Shown piece by piece: positions 8,745 to 16,124 of a stretch of DNA of 19,115 nucleotides. Below the pieces are notes generated by a model. That model saw only the letters and a program-made list of their open reading frames with translations, did not search any database and was not told the DNA's origin. Made by a program: the position numbers and the translations under genes. The stretch comes from a virus (taxonomy: Duplodnaviria > Heunggongvirae > Uroviricota > Caudoviricetes). How positions within the stretch are numbered: the stretch's first letter is position 1; the number at the start of each line of letters is the position of its first letter. The stretch is taken from IMG/VR virus record IMGVR_UViG_2617270954_000002. One strand, given 5' to 3'.

Positions 8745-9136
8745 AACATACTGAACTCCGTGCAGCCGTACTGGATGCACTGGAGAAGCATGACACCGGG
8801 GCGACGTTTTTTGATGGTCGCCCCGCTGTTTTTGATGAGGCGGATTTTCCGGCAGTTGCCGTTTATCTCACCGGCGCTGAATACACGGGCGAAGAGCTGG
8901 ACAGCGATACCTGGCAGGCGGAGCTGCATATCGAAGTTTTCCTGCCTGCTCAGGTGCCGGATTCAGAGCTGGATTCGTGGATGGAGTCCCGGATTTATCC
9001 GGTGATGAGCGATATCCCGGCACTGTCAGATTTGATCACCAGTATGGTGGCCAGTGGCTATGACTATCGGCGCGACGATGATGCGGGCCTGTGGAGTTCA
9101 GCCGATCTGACTTATGTCATTACCTATGAAATGTGA
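8741..9136 (+). CDS. U: minor tail protein gpU-like (tail terminator)
   Basis: 131 aa; appears near-identical to my recollection of lambda gpU ([54 protein letters not shown]...); start overlaps the Z stop (ATGA). Confidence 0.9.
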   Translation: MKHTELRAAVLDALEKHDTGATFFDGRPAVFDEADFPAVAVYLTGAEYTGEELDSDTWQAELHIEVFLPAQVPDSELDSWMESRIYPVMSDIPALSDLITSMVASGYDYRRDDDAGLWSSADLTYVITYEM

Positions 9137-9143
9137 GGACGCT

Positions 9144-9896
9144 ATGCCTGTACCAAATCCAGTAATGCCGGTGAAAGGTGCCGGGACCACACTGTGGGTT
9201 TATAAGGGGAACGGTGACCCTTATGCGAACCCGCTTTCAGACGTTGACTGGTCACGTCTGGCAAAAGTTAAAGACCTGACGCCGGGCGAGATGACGGCAG
9301 AATCCTACGATGATAACTACCTGGATGATGAAGACGCAGACTGGACCGCGACCGGGCAGGGGCAGAAATCTGCAGGTGATACCAGTTTTACGCTGGCCTG
9401 GAAACCGGGAGAGGAATGTCAGAAAGGGCTTATAGGCTGGTTTGAAAGCGGCGATGTCCGGGCCTATAAAATCCGTTTTCCGAATGGCACGGTGGATGTG
9501 TTTCGTGGCTGGGTCAGCAGTATCGGTAAGGCCGTGACGGCGAAAGAAGTGATCACCCGCACGGTGAAAGTCACTAACGTGGGTAAACCTTCTGTAGCGG
9601 AAGAACGCAGCAAAATTACGCCGGTCAGTGCGATTAAGGTGACGCCGACATCCGGTACGGTGGCAAAAGGGAAAACAACCACCCTGACGGTTTCTTTTGA
9701 GCCGGAAAGTGCAACCGACAAGACGTTCAGAGCGGTTTCCGCCGATCCGTCGAAAGCCACCATTAGTGTGAAAGATATGACAATTACGGTAAACGGCGTG
9801 GCGACAGGTAAGGTGCAGATCCCTGTGGTGAGCGGAAATGGTCAGTTCGCCGCAGTGGCTGAAGTCACCGTTACTGAAGCGGGCGCTGCAGGGTAA
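9144..9896 (+). CDS. V: major tail tube protein gpV-like with C-terminal Ig-like (BIG2-type) domain
   Basis: ORF 9114..9896; lambda-like start [22 protein letters not shown] at ATG 9144 with a GAGGA Shine-Dalgarno upstream; long stretches match recalled lambda V. Confidence 0.9.
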   Translation: MPVPNPVMPVKGAGTTLWVYKGNGDPYANPLSDVDWSRLAKVKDLTPGEMTAESYDDNYLDDEDADWTATGQGQKSAGDTSFTLAWKPGEECQKGLIGWFESGDVRAYKIRFPNGTVDVFRGWVSSIGKAVTAKEVITRTVKVTNVGKPSVAEERSKITPVSAIKVTPTSGTVAKGKTTTLTVSFEPESATDKTFRAVSADPSKATISVKDMTITVNGVATGKVQIPVVSGNGQFAAVAEVTVTEAGAAG

Positions 9897-9909
9897 ACGG
9901 AGGTAATAC

Positions 9910-10341
9910 ATGTTTCTGAAAACAGAACAATTTGAATATAACGGTGTGTCTGTCACGCTTTCCGAATTGTCTGCGCTGCAGCGTATCGAGCATCTTGCCC
10001 TCCTGAAACGGCGTGCAGAACAGGCAGAATCCTGCGGCAACCTGCAGGTTAGCGTGGAAGATCTCGTCAGAACCGGCGCGTTTCTGGTGGCGATGTCCCT
10101 GTGGCATAACCATCCACAGAAAACGCAGTCACCGTCAATGAATGAGGCCGTGATGAAGATAGAGCAGGAAGTGCTCACCACCTGGCCTGCCGATGCCATT
10201 GCCCGGGCGGAAGACGTGGTGTTGTGCCTGTCCGGGATGATCGAAGCTGTTCGTCCGGATACTGATATTACTGAAGTGGCGAAAAATAACACGCTGACTG
10301 ATGATGATTTTTCTGCGGGAAAGTCTTCGACGGCGAGCTGA
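9910..10341 (+). CDS. G: tail assembly chaperone gpG-like
   Basis: 143 aa; MFLKTEQFEYNGVSVTLSELSALQRIEHLAL..TGAFLVAMSLWHNHPQKTQ matches recalled lambda G. Confidence 0.88.
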   Translation: MFLKTEQFEYNGVSVTLSELSALQRIEHLALLKRRAEQAESCGNLQVSVEDLVRTGAFLVAMSLWHNHPQKTQSPSMNEAVMKIEQEVLTTWPADAIARAEDVVLCLSGMIEAVRPDTDITEVAKNNTLTDDDFSAGKSSTAS

Positions 10342-10781
10342 ACTTTGCCCTCAGACTGGCGCGTGAGATGGGGAGACCCGACTGGCGCGCCATGCTTGCC
10401 GGGATGACATCCACCGAATATGCCGACTGGCACCGTTTTTACCGCACGCATTATTTTCAGGATACCCAGCTGGATATGCATTTTTCCGGGCTGACGTACG
10501 CTGTACTCAGCCTGTTTTTTTGCGATCCGGATATGCATCCCTCTGATTTCAGTCTGCTTGTCCCCCGGCATGAGGAAGAGCAGGTGGAGAGGCCGGATGA
10601 GGACAAAATGCTGATGCAGAAAGCGGCAGGACTTGCCGGAGGCGTCCGGTTCGGTGGGGACGGAGGGCGCGATATTTTATCGTCTGCGGATGTGGCGGAT
10701 GTCATGGTGGATGATGCCGCATTAATGATGGCTTCAGCGGGGATTCCGGGAGGTGTGAGATATGTCCCAGCCGGTTGGTGA
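9910..10781 (+). CDS. GT: tail assembly chaperone gpG-T fusion made by programmed -1 ribosomal frameshift
   Basis: Slippery heptamer GGGAAAG at 10317-10323 near the 3' end of G; the -1 frame continues VFDGELNFALRLAREMGRPDWRAMLAGMTSTEYADWHRFY... (lambda gpT-like) to the stop at 10779-10781. Confidence 0.75.
10317..10323 (+). promoter_or_regulatory. programmed -1 frameshift slippery site (G GGA AAG) for G-T
   Basis: Exact GGGAAAG heptamer in the G frame, 6 codons before the G stop; the T frame is open downstream. Confidence 0.7.
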
Positions 10782-13323
10782 TCTTGTTATTGACCTGAGT
10801 CTGGATGCTGTCCGTTTCGATGAGCAGATGAGCCGGGTAAGGCGTCATTTTTCAGGTCTGGATACCGACGCCAGAAAAACCGCCAGTGCTGTTGAACAGG
10901 GCCTGAGCCGCCAGGCGCTGGCTGCACAAAAAGCCGGGATTTCCGTCGGGCAGTATAAAGCGGCCATGCGAACCCTGCCCGCACAGTTTACGGATATCGC
11001 CACGCAGCTTGCCGGTGGTCAGAATCCCTGGTTGATCCTGCTGCAACAGGGCGGTCAGGTGAAGGACTCCTTCGGCGGGATGATCCCCATGTTCAGGGGG
11101 CTTGCCGGTGCGATCACCCTGCCGATGGTCGGGGTCACCTCGCTGGCGGTGGCGACAGGTGCGCTGGCGTACGCCTGGTACCAGGGCGACGCCACGCTTT
11201 CAGAATTTAATAAAACGCTGGTCCTTTCCGGCAATCAGGCCGGACTGACTGCCGATCGTATGCTGACGCTCTCAAGAGCCGGGCAGGCAGCAGGGCTGAC
11301 GTTTAACCAGGCGAGAGAGTCACTGGCAGCCCTGGTGAATGCCGGTGTGCGTGGTGGTGAACAGTTTGATGCCATCAACCAGAGTGTCGCGCGTTTTGCG
11401 TCTGCATCCGGTGTGGAGGTGGATAAAGTCGCTGAAGCCTTCGGGAAGCTGACCACTGACCCGACGTCGGGACTGATGGCGATGGCGCGCCAGTTCCGTA
11501 ACGTGACGGCAGAGCAGATTGCGTATGTTGCACAGCTGCAGCGTTCCGGAGACGAGGCCGGGGCATTGCAGGCGGCGAACGATATCGCCACGAAAGGCTT
11601 TGATGAGCAGACCCGTCGCCTGAAAGAAAACATGGGAACACTGGAGACCTGGGCGGATAAAACAGGGAAGGCATTCAAATCGATGTGGGATGCCATTCTG
11701 GATATCGGTCGTCCGGAATCCTCAGCGGATATGCTCGCCAGTGCGCAGAGGGCATTTGATGAGGCGGATAAAAAATGGCAGTGGTACCAGAGCCGGAGCC
11801 AGCGCCGGGGAAAGACCTCCTCTTTTCGTGCGAACCTTCAGGGGGCATGGGATGACCGGGAAAATGCCCGTCTGGGTCTGGCAGCGGCCACGCTGCAGTC
11901 GGATATGGAAAAAGCCGGTGAACTGGCGGCAAGGGACAGGGCTGAGCGTGAGTCGTCACAGCTGAAGTATACCGGAGAGGCGCAGAAGGCGTATGAGCGC
12001 CTGCAGACGCCGCTGGATAAATATACCGCCCGTCAGAAAGAGCTGAATAAGGCCCTGAAAGACGGAAAAATCCTGCAGGCGGATTACAACACGCTGATGG
12101 CGTCGGCAAAAAAGGATTATGAATCGACGCTGAAAAAGCCGTCAGGTGTGAAGGTGTCTGCCGGTGAGCGCCAGGAAGACCGGGCGCATGCAGCCCTGCT
12201 GGCGCTTGAAACCGAGCTCAGGACGCTGGAAAAACACAGCGGTGTGAATGAGAAAATCAGCCAGCAGCGCCGGGATTTATGGGAAGCGGAAAGTCAGTAT
12301 GTGGTCCTGAAAGAGGCCGCCACGAAACGGCAGTTATCTGAGCAGGAAAAATCCCTGCTGGCTCATGAGAAAGAGACGCTGGAGTACAAACGCCAGCTGG
12401 CTGAGCTGGGAGACAAGATTGAACACCAGAAGCGGCTGAATGAGCTGGCACAGCAGGCGGCGCGGTTTGAACAGCAGCAAAGCGCGAAGCAGGCGGCAAT
12501 CAGCGCAAAAGCCCGCGGCCTCACCGACCGTCAGGCGCAGCGGGAGTCGGAAGAGCAGCGCCTTCGTGAGGTGTACGGTGATAATCCGGCTGCGCTGGCG
12601 AAGGCCACATCGGCACTGAAGAACACCTGGTCTGCGGAGGAGCAGCTTCGTGGAAGCTGGATGGCCGGGATGAAGTCCGGCTGGGGAGAGTGGGCGGAAA
12701 GTGCGACGGACAGTTTTTCGCAGGTTAAAAGTGTGGCCACGCAGACCTTTGACGGTATTGCACAGAATATGGCGGCGATGCTGACCGGCAGCGAACAGAA
12801 CTGGCGGGGATTCACCCGTTCCGTGCTGTCCATGATGACAGAAATTCTGCTTAAGCAGGCAATGGTGGGGATTGTCGGGAGTATCGGCAGCGCCATTGGC
12901 GGGGCTGTTGGTGGCGGCGCATCCGCGTCAGGCGGTACAGCCATTCAGGCCGCTGCGGCGAAATTCCATTTTGCAACCGGAGGATTTACGGGAACCGGCG
13001 GCAAATATGAGCCAGCGGGGATTGTTCACCGTGGTGAATTTGTCTTCACAAAGGAGGCAACCAGCCGGATTGGCGTGGGGAATCTCTACCGGCTGATGCG
13101 CGGCTATGCCACCGGTGGTTATGTCGGTACACCGGGCAGTCTGGCTGACAGCCGGTCGCAGGCGTCCGGGACGTTTGAGCAGAATAACCATGTGGTGATT
13201 AACAACGACGGCACGAACGGGCAGATAGGTCCGGCTGCTCTGAAGGCGGTGTATGACATGGCCCGCAAGGGTGCCCGTGATGAAATTCAGACACAGATGC
13301 GTGATGGTGGACTGTTCTCCTGA
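10762..13323 (+). CDS. H: tail tape measure protein gpH-like
   Basis: 853 aa (same as recalled lambda gpH); N-terminus PVGDLVIDLSLDAVRFDEQM and C-terminal region AMVGIVGSIGSAIGGAVGGGASASGG...GTNGQIGPAALKAVYDMARKGARDEIQTQMRDGGLFS match lambda H. Confidence 0.92.
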   Translation: MSQPVGDLVIDLSLDAVRFDEQMSRVRRHFSGLDTDARKTASAVEQGLSRQALAAQKAGISVGQYKAAMRTLPAQFTDIATQLAGGQNPWLILLQQGGQVKDSFGGMIPMFRGLAGAITLPMVGVTSLAVATGALAYAWYQGDATLSEFNKTLVLSGNQAGLTADRMLTLSRAGQAAGLTFNQARESLAALVNAGVRGGEQFDAINQSVARFASASGVEVDKVAEAFGKLTTDPTSGLMAMARQFRNVTAEQIAYVAQLQRSGDEAGALQAANDIATKGFDEQTRRLKENMGTLETWADKTGKAFKSMWDAILDIGRPESSADMLASAQRAFDEADKKWQWYQSRSQRRGKTSSFRANLQGAWDDRENARLGLAAATLQSDMEKAGELAARDRAERESSQLKYTGEAQKAYERLQTPLDKYTARQKELNKALKDGKILQADYNTLMASAKKDYESTLKKPSGVKVSAGERQEDRAHAALLALETELRTLEKHSGVNEKISQQRRDLWEAESQYVVLKEAATKRQLSEQEKSLLAHEKETLEYKRQLAELGDKIEHQKRLNELAQQAARFEQQQSAKQAAISAKARGLTDRQAQRESEEQRLREVYGDNPAALAKATSALKNTWSAEEQLRGSWMAGMKSGWGEWAESATDSFSQVKSVATQTFDGIAQNMAAMLTGSEQNWRGFTRSVLSMMTEILLKQAMVGIVGSIGSAIGGAVGGGASASGGTAIQAAAAKFHFATGGFTGTGGKYEPAGIVHRGEFVFTKEATSRIGVGNLYRLMRGYATGGYVGTPGSLADSRSQASGTFEQNNHVVINNDGTNGQIGPAALKAVYDMARKGARDEIQTQMRDGGLFS

Positions 13324-13331
13324 GGTGGACG

Positions 13332-13661
13332 ATGAAAACCTTCCGCTGGAAAGTGAAACCCGGGATGGATGTGACATCGGCTCCTTCCGTCAGGGAGGTG
13401 CGCTTTGGTGATGGCTATTCCCAGCGTGCGCCTGCCGGGCTGAACGCTGACCTGAAAACGTACAGCGTGACGCTGTCTGTCTCCCGTGAGGAGGCCACGG
13501 CGCTGGAGTCGTTTCTGGCTGAGCACGGGGGCTGGAAGGCCTTTCTGTGGACGCCGCCTTATGGTTACAGGCAGATAAAGGTGACCTGCGCAAAATGGTC
13601 GTCGCAGGTCAGTATGTTGCGTGTTGGGTTCAGCGCAGAGTTTAAACAGGTGGTGAACTGA
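13332..13661 (+). CDS. M: minor tail protein gpM-like
   Basis: 109 aa, same as lambda M; position after H; sequence recalled as lambda M-like. Confidence 0.85.
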   Translation: MKTFRWKVKPGMDVTSAPSVREVRFGDGYSQRAPAGLNADLKTYSVTLSVSREEATALESFLAEHGGWKAFLWTPPYGYRQIKVTCAKWSSQVSMLRVGFSAEFKQVVN

Positions 13662-14359
13662 TGCAGGATATCCGGCAGGAAACACTGAATGAATGCACCC
13701 GTGCGGAGCAGTCGGCCAGCGTGGTGCTCTGGGAAATCGATCTGACAGAGGTCGGTGGAGAACGTTATTTTTTCTGTAATGAGCAGAACGAAAAAGGTGA
13801 GCCGGTCACCTGGCAGGGGAGGCAGTATCAGGCGTATCCCATTCAGGGGAGCGGTTTTGAACTGAATGGCAAAGGCACCAGTACGCGGCCCACGCTGGCA
13901 GTCTCTAACCTGTACGGCATGGTCACCGGTATGGTGGAAGATATGCAGAGTCTGGTCGGCGGAACGGTGGTCCGGCGTAAGGTTTACGCCCGTTTTCTGG
14001 ATGCGGTGAACTTCGTCAACGGAAACAGAGACGCCGATCCGGAGCAGGAGGTGATCAGCCGCTGGCGCATCGAGCAGTGCAGCGAACTGAGCGCGGTGAG
14101 TGCCTCCTTTGTACTGTCCACGCCGACGGAAACGGATGGCGCTGTTTTTCCGGGGCGTATCATGCTGGCCAACACCTGCACCTGGACCTATCGCGGTGAT
14201 GAGTGCGGTTATCACGGTCCGGCAGTCGCGGATGAATATGACCAGCCGACGTCCGATATCACGAAGGATAAATGCAGCAAATGCCTGAGCGGCTGTAAGT
14301 TTCGCAATAACGTCGGCAACTTTGGCGGCTTCCTTTCCATTAACAAACTTTCGCAGTAA
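13661..14359 (+). CDS. L: minor tail protein gpL-like (tail tip complex; lambda L binds an Fe-S cluster via C-terminal cysteines)
   Basis: 232 aa, same as lambda L; start overlaps the M stop (TGATG); Cys-rich C-terminus (CTWTYRGDECGY...DKCSKCLSGCKFRNN). Confidence 0.85.
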   Translation: MQDIRQETLNECTRAEQSASVVLWEIDLTEVGGERYFFCNEQNEKGEPVTWQGRQYQAYPIQGSGFELNGKGTSTRPTLAVSNLYGMVTGMVEDMQSLVGGTVVRRKVYARFLDAVNFVNGNRDADPEQEVISRWRIEQCSELSAVSASFVLSTPTETDGAVFPGRIMLANTCTWTYRGDECGYHGPAVADEYDQPTSDITKDKCSKCLSGCKFRNNVGNFGGFLSINKLSQ

Positions 14360-14363
14360 TCCC

Positions 14364-15107
14364 ATGACAGAGACAGAATCAGCGATTCTGGCGCACGCCC
14401 GGCGATGTGCGCCAGCGGAGTCGTGCGGCTTCGTGGTAAGCACGCCGGAGGGGGAAAGATATTTCCCCTGCGTGAATATCTCCGGTGAGCCGGAGGCGTA
14501 TTTCCGGATGGCTCCGGAGGACTGGCTGCAGGCAGAGATGCAGGGTGAGATTGTGGCGCTGGTCCACAGCCACCCCGGTGGTCTGCCCTGGCTGAGTGAG
14601 GCTGACCGGCGGCTGCAGGTGCAGAGCGATTTGCCGTGGTGGCTGGTCTGCCGGGGGGCGATTCACAAGTTCCGCTGTGTGCCGCATCTCACCGGGCGGC
14701 GCTTTGAGTACGGGGTGACGGACTGTTACACACTGTTCCGGGATGCTTACCATCTGGCGGGGATTGAGATGCCGGATTTTCATCGCGGGGATGACTGGTG
14801 GCGTCACGGTCAGAATCTCTATCTTGACAATATGGAGGCTACTGGTTTTTACCGTGTCGCACTGACAGAGGCGCAGCCGGGCGATGTGCTGCTGTGCTGT
14901 TTTGGTTCATCGGTGCCGAATCACGCCGCCATTTACTGCGGCGACGGTGAGCTGCTGCACCATATTCCTGAACAACTGAGTAAACGAGAGAGGTATACCG
15001 ACAAATGGCAGCGACGCACACACTCCCTCTGGCGTCACCGGGAATGGCACGCATCTGCCTTTACGGGGATTTGCAACGATTTGGCCGCCGCATCGACCTT
15101 CGAGTGA
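14364..15107 (+). CDS. K: tail tip assembly protein gpK-like (JAB/MPN metalloprotease-like plus NlpC/P60-like domains)
   Basis: ORF 14322..15107; lambda-like start MTETESAILAHARRCAPAESCGFV at ATG 14364; HSHPGG (JAMM-like) motif and a downstream Cys/His region; overlaps the I start by about 100 nt as in lambda. Confidence 0.8.
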   Translation: MTETESAILAHARRCAPAESCGFVVSTPEGERYFPCVNISGEPEAYFRMAPEDWLQAEMQGEIVALVHSHPGGLPWLSEADRRLQVQSDLPWWLVCRGAIHKFRCVPHLTGRRFEYGVTDCYTLFRDAYHLAGIEMPDFHRGDDWWRHGQNLYLDNMEATGFYRVALTEAQPGDVLLCCFGSSVPNHAAIYCGDGELLHHIPEQLSKRERYTDKWQRRTHSLWRHREWHASAFTGICNDLAAASTFE

Positions 15108-15646
15108 AAACGGGGGCTGAAGCCATCCGGGCACTGGCCACACAGCTCCCGGCGTTTCGTCAGAAACTGAGCGATGGCTGGTATCAGGTACGGATTGCCG
15201 GGCGGGATGCAGGAGAAACCGAATTATCATCCCGTCTTAATGAGCCGCTGGCAAATGGTGCCGTGATCCACATCGTGCCGCGTCTTGCGGGAGCAAAAAG
15301 TGGCGGTGTGTTTCAGGCGGTGCTGGGTGCGGCGTTGATTGCTACGGCAATCTGGATGCCGGGGATCAGTATCGCTTTCAGTGACATTCTCTTTTCAATG
15401 GGTGCGGCGATGACGCTTGGTGGTGTGGCGCAGATGCTGGCACCGAAAGCCAGAACTCCCCGTACACAGACAACGGATAACGGCAAACAGAACACCTATT
15501 TCTCCTCACTGGATAACATGGTTGCCCAGGGCAATGTCCTGCCTGTTCTGTACGGTGAAATGCGCGTGGGGTCACGTGTGGCATCTCAGGAGATCAGCAC
15601 GGCAGATGAAGGGGATGGTGGTCAGGTTGTGGTAATTGGGCGGTAA
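15005..15646 (+). CDS. I: tail tip assembly protein gpI-like
   Basis: 213 aa; YFSSLDNMVAQGNVLPVLYGEMRVGSRVASQEISTADEGDGGQVVVIGR matches the recalled lambda I C-terminus. Confidence 0.82.
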   Translation: MAATHTLPLASPGMARICLYGDLQRFGRRIDLRVKTGAEAIRALATQLPAFRQKLSDGWYQVRIAGRDAGETELSSRLNEPLANGAVIHIVPRLAGAKSGGVFQAVLGAALIATAIWMPGISIAFSDILFSMGAAMTLGGVAQMLAPKARTPRTQTTDNGKQNTYFSSLDNMVAQGNVLPVLYGEMRVGSRVASQEISTADEGDGGQVVVIGR

Positions 15647-15669
15647 TATTATTTTACTCATGTTCTAAC

Positions 15670-15700
15670 TGATTTAATATTTATATCGAACACTGATAAT
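15670..15700 (+). promoter_or_regulatory. candidate sigma70-type promoter for the lipoprotein gene (weak call)
   Basis: AT-rich stretch with a -10-like GATAAT (15695-15700) about 20 nt upstream of the ATG and weak -35-like hexamers (TGATTT/TTAATA) about 17-19 nt further upstream; no strong consensus. Confidence 0.2.
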
Positions 15701-15719
15701 TATTCTATTGGTTAGCTAT

Positions 15720-16058
15720 ATGAACAAAACGATTTTATTCTGCACGATTATTGCCTTAACAGGATGTAAGTCTTTGGATTACGTAAAATCCGGAAAACCT
15801 GTAATGGAAGGTAATTCATTAAAAAATATTGATGAATTGTCAGGCTGCATATCCAGACAATGGGCTGGTAATGGAACACCTATAACATCCCTTCCTATTG
15901 AGAATGGGGTAAGCCTTTTAGTTCCACAGGCTATGGGGGGATATGATGTTGTGCTTGATATCAAAAAAGCAGGAAATGGCAGTAGTTTTACTCTTTATGA
16001 ACGTGTACCAGCATTAACGCCAAAAATTTTTGCTGATAGTGTTAATGCATGTAAATAA
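15720..16058 (+). CDS. small secreted lipoprotein of unknown function (phage moron); mature protein about 97 aa, predicted outer-membrane lipoprotein
   Basis: ORF 15708..16058, with ATG at 15720 preferred over the TTG at 15708. N-terminus MNKTILFCTIIALTGC is a lipoprotein signal peptide with lipobox LTGC; residue after the Cys is Lys (not Asp), consistent with Lol export to the outer membrane. The gene is AT-rich within a GC-rich operon. Confidence 0.6.
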   Translation: MNKTILFCTIIALTGCKSLDYVKSGKPVMEGNSLKNIDELSGCISRQWAGNGTPITSLPIENGVSLLVPQAMGGYDVVLDIKKAGNGSSFTLYERVPALTPKIFADSVNACK

Positions 16059-16082
16059 TAGTTAATCCTGTCGTAACTCATG

Positions 16083-16110
16083 AGCCGCCTTTTGGGCGGC
16101 TTTGTTGTTT
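16083..16110 (+). terminator. candidate rho-independent terminator downstream of the lipoprotein gene
   Basis: Stem AGCCGCC (16083-16089), loop TTTTG, stem GGCGGCT (16095-16101), followed by TTGTTGTTT. Confidence 0.55.
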
Positions 16111-16124
16111 ATGGAGTGTGAGGA

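Noticed and set aside
9252-10571. 439 aa ORF on the minus strand
   Set aside because: Antisense to the V, G and T genes, with the same low-complexity composition; no independent support.
10368-10781. T as an independent ORF with its own start
   Set aside because: In lambdoid phages T is made only as the G-T frameshift fusion; the GGGAAAG slippery site is present, so an independent start at 10368 is unlikely.
13565-14443. 292 aa minus-strand ORF
   Set aside because: Antisense to L and the K start region, which are strongly supported on the + strand.
15708-15719. TTG start at 15708 for the lipoprotein gene
   Set aside because: ATG 15720 gives a canonical short n-region (MNK) before the hydrophobic core and lipobox; the TTG extension adds MVSY with no advantage.
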